The position numbers and the translations under genes are program-made. The notes beneath the pieces are model-generated. The model had not been told where the DNA came from. It made no database searches and saw nothing but the letters and a program-made list of their open reading frames with translations. Below, one piece after another: positions 1 to 12,219 of a stretch of 64,000 nucleotides of DNA (positions are counted from its first letter, which is position 1; each line of letters opens with the position of its first letter). Source of the DNA: Priapulus caudatus (Eukaryota); contig NW_014577065.1 in assembly GCF_000485595.1 (NCBI RefSeq), positions 158,096-222,095 on the forward strand. The letters run 5' to 3'.

Positions 1-11
1 CTCTCTTTTTC

Positions 12-68
<57 letters not shown>

Positions 69-95
69 ATCGATCTCGCCATCTCTCTCTTTTTT
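1..95. repeat. (CT)n microsatellite
   Basis: Visible ctctct run at the window start. Confidence 0.9.
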
Positions 96-1775
96 TCTCG
101 GTTTCGTACGCGCGCTCCCTCTTCCTCTTCTTTTCTTTGCTTCTTCTGCTCTCCTTCTCCGGAGTTCTCTTTCACTCTCTTTCGTTCTCTTCATGTTTTC
201 GTCCCATCGATTGAACTCTCGATGTTGTGTCTCTGTGTGAGCAGATCCCGGACTCATCGCCGCTCCCGGCTACGTCTTCCTATAGTGTTTTTTCACTGCG
301 GCGACTTTGCGAACAAAAGCGATCGGGGCGATACGCCAAAAATTGCCGGTTTCCTGTATAAACACGATTTTACGAGGCGCTCTCGGGCGCCATTGTGCGC
401 GCGCGCTCGCGCTTTGTGCGCGCCACAATGGCGCAGTCACGAGCTGTCATCAGCGACATAACAGCGCAACAATGGCGACGATGCTGTGCGCGCTGAAGCT
501 GTCGCCGCGATGCCGTTGTTGCCGCGTCATCGTTTCCTGATGGAGGGGCAGCGTCGTGCGCCGACCGCCGCCATGTATATATATTTATAACGATGTTTAC
601 TTATAATTACGCGCGGCTCGTTGTCAGTCGTTTTAACTCTTTCGTTGCGGATTTTCGTCTTACGGCAGCGAGGACGAACGAACTTGCGGTCTGAATCGTG
701 TCTCGCGCCTTTGTGTTAGCGACAGACGCGTGTAGGTCGGCGTGGTCAGAGCTCGCCGAATGCACGCGTAACACCTGCGCGTTTGTACACGCGGCCATCA
801 ACTATGCAGCCGTTGATGCAAACGACTTCACTATTCCATCCTGTTCTGCTAGCATCTATGACAAATACGAGTCGACATACGCATATACGCTCTCCTATGA
901 CACTATTTGTCATAGGAAGATTCTTCCTGTGACAAATATTGTTGTATGTGTTGTGCGCATCATAGGAGTTTAGGAGCGCTATTATGAACGCAAGCAGTGA
1001 ATTTCAGCTGTAAAGCAGAACGAAGTTGACTCGCCAATATTTGTCATAGATGCATGCAGAACATGTTGACTATTCATATTGGACACGTTGGTGGGGTGCG
1101 AGGGGGGGAGGGGCTATCAAAAGACGTGTTGACGGTCCGGTTGAAACCAAAGATCAAATGCTACAGGTTCACGCTGCAAAAAGAGAATTTTTTCCTCTTT
1201 CTGTAACTCATTTGGTGGCAGCGCAGTTGTGACGGGATTTACCTACACTATTAATATTTTGACGTAGAGCGTTAACAAAATATATTTAGTGTTTGCCAGT
1301 CAGAAACTTGTCAGTGTGAAAATTGAGATCAGTGGTTAGCGAGCACTGGCTTAATTGGTAGGTTTGGAATTTTTCAGAGATATTTTTTTATGGACCCTGT
1401 GAGGAAGTCTTTTCTTTCAGCGCTAACCTCAATGCCTTTCTGGCAAGAAACGTACAGATGAATAGCCGTAACAAACTGTCGCCAATAAACGGCAATTGAA
1501 ATAGCAATTTCAAATCGCTTTATAATTAATCTGACAAGAGTTTGTGACAAGTGCCGATCATTATTTGTATTATTATTTTGTATTTATGTATTTATGTATT
1601 TATGTATGTATAGTATTTTATTATTGGTGTCATTATTGGTTTATAGTTGCTAACCGCAAAACAGAGACTGAGTAAGGTAGAAGTGTGGATTTAATGGATT
1701 ATCACCAGCTTGCCAATTCATGCAGGAATATTATTCTTATTCGAATATTTCAACTTGTCATCTGTTCCACTGCAG

Positions 1776-1875
1776 GTGTTCATTTTCTACGGAGCAAGAA
1801 CAAATACGCTGTTCCTGATCCACAGTGGCTTTGTGTGCAAGAACAATCTGTATGACACTGTACCTGTAAAGCTAG
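1776..1875 (+). CDS. SETD3: SETD3 internal exon (end of SET domain, start of Rubisco-LSMT substrate-binding domain)
   Basis: Acceptor ttccactgcag|, donor |gtgagt, 100 nt, phase 0 to 1. Translates VFIFYGARTNTLFLIHSGFVCKNNLYDTVPVKL(G), matching recalled human SETD3 IYIFYGTRSNAEFVIHSGFFFDNNSHDRVKIKLG. Confidence 0.92.
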
Positions 1876-2263
1876 GTGAGTAGGAACTTTATTAGCTCAT
1901 TTTTGTGCCCTCACTTCTTCACTCGTTTTATATATTTGCTCCGCCCAGCAGACTAGCCTTACAGTATAAACACTTGCTTCACCAGTATAAACACGTATTA
2001 TACTCCGTTCTCTTCCATGTGGGGTATCTGGTTCCTCCCTCAGTTTAGTCACCATCTACTGCTGTCATAATACCAGGAGTAAATAATAATAGATTATTTA
2101 TAATTTATAATTATAATAATAATAGTAATTTATAATTATAATAATAATAATAATTTATAATTATAATCATATTAATAATTTATAATAATCTATTGTTGTT
2201 CACTCCTGATAATATCACCTGATAATATGATTGTATTACTTGCTGACGCTCTTGCAATAATAT

Positions 2264-2655
2264 GGGTGTTGCTATCCCCCTGGCGTGGAGGGAGGTCACG
2301 TGATAACGTTGACGATGACGTTCAAAACGTTAACCCTCACGGTAACCCTCACGGTAACCCTCACTCCAACACCGCCAACACTAACCCTCACACTAAATAT
2401 ATATGTCTCACCGCGCTATATATAGGCATTGTGATCCACAAAAATATTAATCTATGGTGTGGGGACAGATATCATGATGCAAAAACCTTAACTCTAATCC
2501 TAATCCTAACCCTAACCCCTACCCTAATCCTAACCCTAACCCTAACCCTAATCCTAACCCTAACCCTGACCCTAACCCTAATTCTAACACTATCCCAACA
2601 CTAGTGCTGCCACGTTGCGGTCACCTCCCTCCACGCCCGGGGGATAGCATTACCC
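2264..2655. mobile_element. MITE with ~35-bp TIRs, 9-bp TSD and internal (CCCTAA)n-like array (Mutator-like by TSD length)
   Basis: Left gggtgttgctatccccctggcgtggagggaggt and right acctccctccacgcccgggggatagcattaccc are inverted. Flanked by caataatat at 2255-2263 and 2656-2664. Degenerate ccctaa repeats at ~2485-2590. Confidence 0.85.
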
Positions 2656-2998
2656 CAATAATATGCTACAAATAGGAATTAGATAGTGCTGCCATCTAGC
2701 GAAAAATAAAATCGTTAGTGTCGTGTGTTTGAAGTGCCAGTTAATGGTTAAATCATATAGGCTATAACAGGCTATAACCTAATAGGTTTAAACAATATTA
2801 CAAGAAAGGGATATTATAATTAATTATTGTTCACGTTATTACGGTTAACGTTTTTTTAAAGTTAACAGAATAACATTGCAGTTAAAGGAAAGTCTTTGTA
2901 CTAACAGCCTATAGTAGATAAAGTACCAGAAAATTTGTTTTTGGCGATAACACATATTACAGTTATGTTACCTACATACTAATGAGTGGTTTTTTCAG

Positions 2999-3065
2999 GA
3001 ATAAGCAAGAGTGATCCACTATTCTATGAGAAATGCATTCTGCTAACAAGACTGGAAATTTCTGT
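2999..3065 (+). CDS. SETD3: SETD3 internal exon
   Basis: Acceptor tttttcag|, donor |gtaagt, 67 nt, phase 1 to 2, in frame with the previous exon. (G)ISKSDPLFYEKCILLTRLEIS matches recalled human GVSKSDRLYAMKAEVLARAGIP. Confidence 0.88.
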
Positions 3066-4267
3066 GTAAGTGCAGATTTGTGTCTTACTATAATTTCTAG
3101 AAATATCAAAGTGTAGTGGCATTCAGAAGAGTAACTCTGATGGAAACATTATGTTTGCAATACATGCTTCATGAAATAGGTGTAAAGGATCCCAAATAAT
3201 TTCTTTGGTTCTCCCCGGAAAATGATTTTCATAACAAGTTTCCGAAATAATAGAACTCACTGATCGAACTTCTTTATCGTAGAAATAGGAGAATGAGAGA
3301 TTTCACAGTCTGAAGTTCAAAACTAAAGAGAACAAAAGATTTAAAATCAGTAACTAGTGCAGTAACAAATTATTGTGCTATCTGCTGTACATTACTGCAG
3401 AATTCCAGTTTTAAACACTAAAAGCACCATTGCATTAAGTCCTTTTTAGATGTTTGGTTATATAGAATATTCAGCAACCTTCACAATTAATAATTACTTA
3501 ACATGGTTTTATAGCTAATTTAGGCATAGAGAATTTGCCATGAACCTCATGCTCCTTAAAATGTAGTGTTTAGCATTCAGTGCGATGCTGCTTAAAGATC
3601 GCAGCAAGGTATGACAAGGTAGAGACATAGTAATCACGTACTCTTCACGAGAGACGTGTATCGGGGTCAGATTTTGTGTGAAATTTTCGAAAGGTGAAAT
3701 AGTGGTCACATCATTAACGCGTGACTGCCAAAAATAGATTATAATTCCCACGTGCAGTCATAAGTATATGTTCATGTGATATCAAATTATAATTTAATGC
3801 CGTTTTAAAATTTAACCACTTAAGGATCTATCTGTGTTCAGAAGCGTAGAATGCTGTAGAAGACAATGTCTGTGAGCAAACGTGGGTTTTTATATCTGAC
3901 GTTCAGCCGAGGACTGAAGACTGTTGACACAGGCACGAATCGATAAGTAATCACTTTTTCCTGCGTGTTCCGCACATAGGGGTGTTTGTTTAGTACGAAA
4001 TGATCAGATATAGATGTGAATATAGCTATGTGGCTTTGTCAAAGTGTTTTTTGTATCGCAAGTTTTTGGACTAAATGGAGAGTATTCAGTTCAGTTATAA
4101 ATAACGTCATTCTCCAGCCTTCAAATGGAACGCATTTGCTTATAAAAATTAGAAAGTGATAATTAAAGGAATATATACAAGAATGCACGTTTTCTTTCCG
4201 TTTACCACAAGCTCATATGGAAAATCCTTGAGAGAGTTCTCTGTGCTGACAGATGACTTTGCTTGTT

Positions 4268-5370
4268 GCTCACCTTGACATCGTCAAGATGAGCTATTGC
4301 CATGGGTCGTCGTCTGTCCGTCCATCCGTCCGTCCGTCCTTCCGTCAACATTTGGCTACGGTCAATGATAACTCAGGAACCGTTTGACCCACATGATTGA
4401 AATTGGGTATAGTTGTTACTGCTATGCTCTCATATTGAACGTCCTATTTTGGAGCCTGCCAGTCGACGTACTTTCGAGCCACGGCAATTTTTTGGAAAAA
4501 ATGGGTCAGTTCAGGTTCAACGGATTTTGCTCATTTTTGGTATGTGAATGAATAAGGGCCAGGGGTTTTGATATTTAAAAAAAAACTATGCAAATTAGGT
4601 AGGTTTTGGCAATTATATAGCATATTATGTTATAGACACGCAGATAACAGTCTGTGGTGTCACACTCGTCTGGTTCGTTTTACAAGATTTCATTGACAAT
4701 ACCTTTAATGCAAAATTGGTATTTCCCCTCCGCCGATAAAACGTCTATATTAGAGTAAAGTTTTACAAAACATGTCGGAACGCAGCATAACCTATTTATT
4801 TCGAACGCCATCGCTAAGAAACATCAAAGCGGGTATAGCGCTATCTACCGTCACAAATTGTGATTCATTTTGGTTTATAAATTATTATTGCGATATACAG
4901 ATGGCAACCGTGTGCTACCGCCTATAAAAACTCATACGAAGTAAACACTTCTATGCAACCAATTAACCTTTGACAAAAGTTGTGTTATGGGCAGGGAAAC
5001 GTCATTGTCACGTGGTATATAGCAGCTACGTGGAATAAGCGTATCCTCTCAATCTTACAGTTACATATCGGGAGATCCGCTTTTAGGCAGTGCCTAAATC
5101 TGAATAATATATTATAAAAATGTTAAATGGCAATCATTTAGGTGTAACGCCATCACTCGCTACATCTCAGACTTTCACATCTCAAACATTTATTTTCACA
5201 TAAAAAATTACACATGTAATTATCAAGAGTATATATAATGGGAGTTCTCCCATATATACTCTTCGTTTCTATAATGTACGTCGATGGTTGCTCAATTAAA
5301 ACTGACTTTTTCTCATTCACTCATTTATGTCCTTTTTTGTGGTGAGCTACAGTGTCATTGACACTTTCAT
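4268..5370 (+). mobile_element. Helentron-associated / pearl-like non-autonomous element (HINE), copy 1
   Basis: 5' gctcaccttgacatcgtcaagatgagc hairpin, then a (GTCC)n tract. 3' ggtgagct subterminal IR followed by palindrome agtgtcattgacact and a T run. Homologous to 7040-8605. Confidence 0.75.
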
Positions 5371-5402
5371 TTTTAGTTACCACTTTATGCTAACGTCTCT
5401 CT

Positions 5403-5404
5403 CG

Positions 5405-5455
<51 letters not shown>

Positions 5456-5625
5456 CGTTCGTTCGTCTGTCCGTCCGTCCGTTCGTCCGTCCGTTCATCC
5501 GTCTGTCCGTCCGTCTGTCGATCCGTCCGTCTGTCCGCCCGTGTGTATCTGTGTCTGTCTGTCTGTCTGTCTGTCTGTCTGACTGTGTGTCTGTGTGTTT
5601 GCCTGTCTGCCTGCTTGTCTTTTTG
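5403..5625. repeat. (GTCT/GTCC)n microsatellite
   Basis: Visible tetranucleotide array. Confidence 0.9.
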
Positions 5626-6184
5626 TTAGTGTGCCCGCTGTCTCCCTCCCTCGCCTTCTCTCTTTCTCTGTGTCTCTCCCTCACTCCCTCTCATACTCTT
5701 CTCCTCTACTTGCTATAAATTGCCCGTCTCTCTTTCTTAGTTGCATTTACCCGATCTCAATTCCTCGTGCTGCGAATAGACCATGTCCGCATTTACGGGA
5801 CCATATCGTAGAGCTCGCGAGAGTGCCACGGTTTACATAGACGTTTACATTGAGCCGATGCAGTCATCTAAACAAACACATTTGATTCTACTTAAATACG
5901 TAGCGAATACGTCCCATGCCATTTGCCAGTTTCAGATACTCAAACGATAGCCGAGTAATCGCGTTATTTAAGTAAACAGACACCAGAGTTTGATTACGCT
6001 TTCAATGCGCACAGTTGCACGCAACCCGACAACGAAGCCATCGTTAGCCTTTATATAGCAACGCGCTCTGTCACGAGCCAAGATGGCGGCAAACATTGGT
6101 TGCGTGTTGCTGTTGTACCCGGCTCCAAGGGTAAAGCCTGTTAAACCGTGCCGGATAGGACATCATCAGCATGCGTAGTATCTT

Positions 6185-6620
6185 CTTGGTTCCTTCTCCT
6201 CGTGGAGAATAGGGCTGTAAATCAAATTTCTCCATGACGTTCTATCTTTGGCAGTTCTTTCGGCCTCGTTTAACTGTTTTAACCCCTAATGTGATCCTTT
6301 CTTTCTCCACTGTCCTTCGCCATGTTTCCCTTGGTCTTCCCCCTTTTCTCTTCCCCTCCGGGCCCATGTCAGTGCAATGCGCGGGTTTTCGTCCTTCTTC
6401 ATTCTGATGACATGGCCAATCCATTTCCATCTTCCTCTTTTTATCTACAGGCTGATTGTTTCGATGTTAGCTTTCTTCCTGGTGTTGGCGTTTGATACTC
6501 TCATGGGCCAGTATATCTTCATTCTTCTCCTTAAGCATTTATGTTGGAAGGTGTCTAGCTTTTTCTCATCTCCTTTTCTCTTTCTCCAAGTCCCGCTTCC
6601 GTATACCAGTATCGAATACA
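6185..6620 (-). mobile_element. 5'-truncated RTE-clade LINE fragment (C-terminal part of ORF, decayed)
   Basis: Minus strand reads SILVYGSGTWRKRKGDEKKLDTFQHKCLRRRMKIYWPMRVSN...*IKRGRWKWIGHVIRM...RIALTW, then a frameshift into PEGKRKGGRPRETWRRTVEKE. These are typical post-RT motifs of RTE LINEs. Confidence 0.85.
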
Positions 6621-7039
6621 GTATCCATGCGTAGTATACGTGGCAACAACTCGTTGCTTGGCAATTTGCCGGGTTGGGATGTCTGTCTTGTGTCTGTTCG
6701 CTGCTCGGTCACGCGAGCCGAGGCAATCCAATTTAGCGAAATGTAAGTGAATAGGGTTTCACTCTTTGCGATTGATATCGCGATTGCTCGAAGCACGACG
6801 ATGCTTTCATCGGTTTGAGAAGCTCTCGCGACTAGAGATGTAGTAGCGACCAATTTCACTCATAATAGGTGTAGCGCCACTGTACAGTTATGTATCGTAG
6901 AACATGCGTTTACGTCTAACGTGTTGTGCGGGCTTTCAGATCCGATGTGTTATGCTGATTTCTTCCGCTAATAGGCTCTATTATATCTATCCATCTTATA
7001 TCTATATTTTTGTGTACGAACTCCCCCCACCCAATTTTT

Positions 7040-8605
7040 AGCTCGCCTTGACATCGTCAAGATCAGCTATTGCCACGGGGTGTCGTCCGTCGTGCGTCCG
7101 CCCGTCCGTCCGTCCGTCAACATTTGGCTATGGTCAACGATAACTCAAGAACCGTTTGACCCACAATTGTTTCAAATTGCATATAGTTGTTACTCCTATG
7201 GGAGAGGTTTGGACGTCCTATTTTGGAGCACGCCAGTCCACCTACTTTCGAGCCACGTCCACTTTTTGGCAAAAATGGCAATGGCCATAAGTCAGTTCAG
7301 GTTCAACGGATTTTGCTCGTTTCTGGTATGTGAATGAATGAGGACTGGCCCCAAAACATATCACACAGGTTTTGATATTTTTTTAAAATTATGCAAATTA
7401 GGTAGATTTTGGCAATTTTACTATGCATTTCAATGTCTGCCTACGGTCAACGATAACTCAAGAACCGTTTGACCCACATGTTTCAAATTGCATACAGTTG
7501 TTACTCCTATGGGAGAGATTTGAACGTCCTATTTTGGAGCACGCCAGTCGACCTACTTTCGAGCCACGCCCACTTTTTGGCAAAAATGAAAATGGCCATC
7601 TAGATTCATTCGATTTTGTTAAATTTTGGTATATGAATGTGTAAGGCTACCCCCAAAACAGTTGTTACTCCTATGGCTATGGGAGAGATGACAACGTCCT
7701 ATTACGTTTATTTTGTCTAACTGGTTAACAACTCTACAATCATACCCAGGGGCGGATCCAGGGCTGAAGCTAGACAGTATTTTTCCAGATTTTAAGGGCA
7801 CATCCCCCAAAAAGGGCACACCGCCCCACAGTGGGCACCGTTAGGCGCGGAAGCACATGGCGGGGGGTCTGGGAGGCCTCCCCCAAGAAATTTCAAAATT
7901 TCAAGGGTACCTGGGCACAAAAATAAGCACCATTTGAGCACACATTTAGTCAAGCAGCAATAGCTAAAAACCATATGGAATTTTATTTCTGCTTCATTTT
8001 GCCTGCGCTTTGCATACCAGCAATCACTCCTGCAGCAATTAATGCCGAATGATTCAAGCACTTCCTTTCTTTTTCAGATATCAAAGCTAGTTTTGTTACC
8101 ATGTAAAATTTTGATTTCCTTCAAGTCCTGTCAATGAATCAGAAGAAAAAGAAAACAAATAAAGAATATAGCCAAATTCCATCAAATTGTTTTCTGTATT
8201 TTTTAGCACAAAATTTTGAAGGGCACTTTGAAATCTAGACCGTATTTCCCAATACGGCAAATACGGTTTGAATCCGCCCCTGATACCTATATACGTTTAA
8301 TATTGTGTTTTAGATTCTTCGTTACAGTAATTTGACTGGACTATTTTATTGTTTTTATTTGCGCGATATTCGAAAACCAAAATGGCGATCATTTTGGCGT
8401 AGCGCCATCTCTCGTCAAGATTTCAGACTTTCAGATCTGAAACATTTATTTTCTCATCGAAACTTATGCATATATCATTATCAAGAGTATATAATGGGAG
8501 ATATGCTATATAATGGGAGTTCTCCCATATATACTCTTGCTTTATAACCCCCCCTCCCTCTTCTATCACACCCAAGGTGAGCTACAGTGTCATTGACACT
8601 TTCAT
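7040..8605 (+). mobile_element. Helentron-associated / pearl-like HINE, copy 2, with tandemly duplicated core
   Basis: Starts ttttt|agctcgccttgacatcgtcaag, then (GTCC)n. Core cggtcaacgataactcaagaaccgtttgacccaca occurs at ~7130 and ~7445. Ends ggtgagctacagtgtcattgacactttcatttt. Confidence 0.78.
7747..8282. mobile_element. MITE with CAGGGGCGGAT TIRs and 5-bp TSD, nested in the HINE (hAT5-like)
   Basis: atacc|caggggcggatcca ... tgaatccgcccctg|atacc, with TSD copies at 7742-7746 and 8283-8287. Confidence 0.78.
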
Positions 8606-9730
8606 TTTAGTTTGCTCGCATTTATTTCTTCGTATCTATCTTATCCATCGTATCTATCTTATATTAACCTGTCGTATATACCGAATTCGTGTGTAGTTAT
8701 AAATGGCAGACTTGTGCGTACTAGTGTAATGGGTAGGAGCAATGTGGTCCATTATGTGCTAAAATCATTTGACATAAAATTGGGTAAATTGTAATTATGA
8801 ATGGTGAAACTTGGGATGCATGAGAGTCATGTTTCTAACTTGTCGTCACAGTCATAAGCTAGTAATCGAGAAACCTCTGACTAATCCGCTGGCCTCCTTT
8901 CTTTATGAAGGACGATATATCTCTGCTCTGACAGTTCAGATAGGTCGATATGTGCCCACACTCATACATTTGTGATCAGCTGGTAGTTTACCGCATCACT
9001 GATGAGATTGATTTCCTACCGTGGTTTCTGACAGTACAATCTCTTGATAGAATTACAGCAAAATAGGCAGCACTTAACGTCAATATTTTCTATTTTACCG
9101 GTTTTTTGTCACGAGTCGACACTAGCTCACATGATTATCATGGTTTCGGCGTGACTTAGCTAAGCACCGAGCGGAGCTTAGTTATTCCTTGGAGTAATTA
9201 TTGTTACTACTCCATGTTACTGACTACTCAATGTTACCTCCAAGGTTATCCGGATGGCTGCCCGCGTTGTACAGCCGAGAGTTATGTAATTGGATGGAGG
9301 TACGGTAATATCCGGGGTGTGGCGAGTGCTTAGCCTGCTCTAGTCTCTGCTCTGTGGTAGCACTGAGTCTGTTAATGCCGTACACTGCGACTTGCCGAGC
9401 TGGGGTATTACGGTCGTACATGATAGAGAGATTATTGAGATCATTCGTGATAACTTCTTTCACAATTAAAAAATACTCCCAGTGCATAGTGTATACGATT
9501 CTGAGCTTGCTCAGTGGGCGTTGTTAGAAAGAGGCACGCAGACTAGGGAAGCGAAAAGGCGCTATCTTTACCGAGCGGATATTGCGAGCTGCACACACTA
9601 TTGTGCTGTCTCCTCTGTGCCTGCTAGCTTACGTGTAGATTTGATGTGAGCACAATTAACTCGCCTACGCATTGCGTTTTACTTAAGCTGAAGCCCATTT
9701 GACTGACAGCAACATAAATTATAACCGATT

Positions 9731-9732
9731 AT

Positions 9733-9771
<39 letters not shown>

Positions 9772-9802
9772 GGTAGGCAGGCAGGCAGGCAGACAGACAG
9801 GC

Positions 9803-9870
<68 letters not shown>

Positions 9871-9871
9871 G
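9731..9871. repeat. (GACA)n/(GGCA)n/(GA)n compound microsatellite next to gap
   Basis: Visible arrays. Confidence 0.9.
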
Positions 9872-10307
9872 NNNNNNNNNNNNNNNNNNNNNNNNNNNNN
9901 NNNNNNNNNNNNNNNNNNNNNNNNNNNNNNNNNNNNNNNNNNNNNNNNNNNNNNNNNNNNNNNNNNNNNNNNNNNNNNNNNNNNNNNNNNNNNNNNNNNN
10001 NNNNNNNNNNNNNNNNNNNNNNNNNNNNNNNNNNNNNNNNNNNNNNNNNNNNNNNNNNNNNNNNNNNNNNNNNNNNNNNNNNNNNNNNNNNNNNNNNNNN
10101 NNNNNNNNNNNNNNNNNNNNNNNNNNNNNNNNNNNNNNNNNNNNNNNNNNNNNNNNNNNNNNNNNNNNNNNNNNNNNNNNNNNNNNNNNNNNNNNNNNNN
10201 NNNNNNNNNNNNNNNNNNNNNNNNNNNNNNNNNNNNNNNNNNNNNNNNNNNNNNNNNNNNNNNNNNNNNNNNNNNNNNNNNNNNNNNNNNNNNNNNNNNN
10301 NNNNNNN
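9872..10307. other. Assembly gap (436 N)
   Basis: N run. Confidence 0.99.
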
Positions 10308-11823
10308 CGCGATTTCATCTTCCATCTTAAAGTTATGAGAGGGTCTCGAGCTCTGCGTACTACGACATAGGTAGTACTACGAACTACCCGCACTGCCCGA
10401 TACGATGCCACTGGTAACAGTACTACAGCCCTTCGCTCTCCGTCGCAGGAGCGTGTGTGTGTGTGCGTGCGCCTTCTGGCGTGTGGCGCGCGCCGTGGGC
10501 ATATGCGTGGTGTGCTCCGTGCGCGCGTGTGTGGTGTGGTGTTGTTGTGTCGCGCGCGCCGTGTGCCTGATGCGGCGTTTGCTTGCTGTTAGCAACAGCG
10601 AGGACGCGATATACCTACACTCACACGTGAGCCGCGGGACTCACACACAGACACATGTTGGTGCTATCGTGCATCTAGCATAGCGAGCTTCTGAGTGTGT
10701 GCTGGCGGAAGACCATGTCTAAGAGCAAACGATGTGATGTGGTTATCGCGACCTCGTGTTGCTAACCAGCAAGAACACGCGCATAGGCGACACGCGCGCA
10801 TGGCGCAACAGCACACGCACCAACAACACGCGCGCACGTGCACGCACACGCATATTGCACACGGCGCGCGCGACACGCAATGGCGCACCGCACACAACAC
10901 GCTCCCTGCGACGGAGCGAAGGGCCTATAGTACCAGTAGTGGCAGTACGGCAGTAGGCCAGTACGTACGTCGTAGTCGTATTACGAAGCCGGAGACCCTC
11001 TCATAACTTTACAACTGAAGAGAAAATAACAATTACACAAAGATTGTGCAATTATAGTTACATATTATAGTTATATTAATGAGTAAAATGTGTTTTTATC
11101 TTACTTATCTACCGATCATAAACCAAACTAACTGGCCGTTTGTTCTCTGTTGTTGAAGGTTTGTTTGGTGGTGCGTCCACTATACGAGGGAAGTGACGTC
11201 ACCTCGCCCCCCCCCCCACCACCCACTATCCGTAGCCCATCTCCTGACCCACTCCGCGATTTGTCTCCATCCCCGCCTCAACGGAATATTGGAATAGAAA
11301 TGAATTGTGAAATGCAATCTGCCATCTTCCGAAACCTGAAAATCGCAATGTGATGAAAAATGATGAAACTGACAAATGATCCCTTGAAATGAAAATGAAT
11401 TTGAAGATAAATTAATGACATAAACCTGAAATGAAATTATGAAATGATTTGCAAATGAAAATGAATTTGAATGAAAATGAATTGAAATGCGAAATGATTT
11501 GATAATGAAAATGAATTTGAAATGAAGTAAATTTGAAATAATTAAAAAAATGAATTTGTGAATGAAATGATTGAATGAAAATGAATTGAAATAAAATTAA
11601 TTTGAAATTGAAAATTAATTTGAATGAATGATATTTGAAATGAAAATAAAATATGATAATGAAAATGATGTTTGTGGATGACAAATGAATTTGCAATGAA
11701 AATGAATTGTGAAATAAATGAGATTGTGATACAAATGAATTTTTGAATTATGAAATGAATTTGGACATGAAATGATTAAAATAAATATATAAAATATCCA
11801 TAGCCATCCCTCCGGCCACCATA
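10308..11823. mobile_element. Noisy copy of IS3EU-like foldback element (left part lost in gap)
   Basis: Homologous, with many small indels, to 23231-24497. Continues through a GAAATGAAAATGAATTT array to a terminus ...tagccatc(c)tccggccaccata. Confidence 0.7.
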
Positions 11824-12219
11824 CCTGGCCACCATACCATCGTGCCTCGCTAAAATTACAACGTATATAACGGTATCGCTGAACCGACTTTCACGACGCG
11901 CGAATAATTTGTTCACGCCGCTATCGCGATTTACAGCAATTATTCAGTGTGTGGATGTTTGTGGCGAGCACGCATGCCAAGCGTCCGTTTACTTCTCCCA
12001 TCTCCCCCCAATGCCATGGTCGAGGCCCTCGTGCAGACGCGCCCTGTCATTAGCGAAGCTCCCCGGCAGATCTCACACACCCTAACAATTACAGTGCCCC
12101 TGCCCACACTAGCATGGTGTGGATGGATGGATGGCATGGATGGAATGGATGATGATGGATGGGATGGATGCATGGATTGAATGGAATTTTAGGATGAGTA
12201 GATGAAATGGTGGTAGGCC

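Noticed and set aside
2485..2590. True telomere or chromosome-fusion scar
   Set aside because: Short, degenerate and enclosed within MITE TIRs and TSD.
3127..3200. Candidate for the missing SETD3 exon (MFAIH-like)
   Set aside because: A stop codon follows within three codons and there is no LAFLRVF-like motif.
3907..3985. Candidate for the missing SETD3 exon (FFLRV-like)
   Set aside because: In-frame TGA at 3925-3927 and no compatible splice phases.
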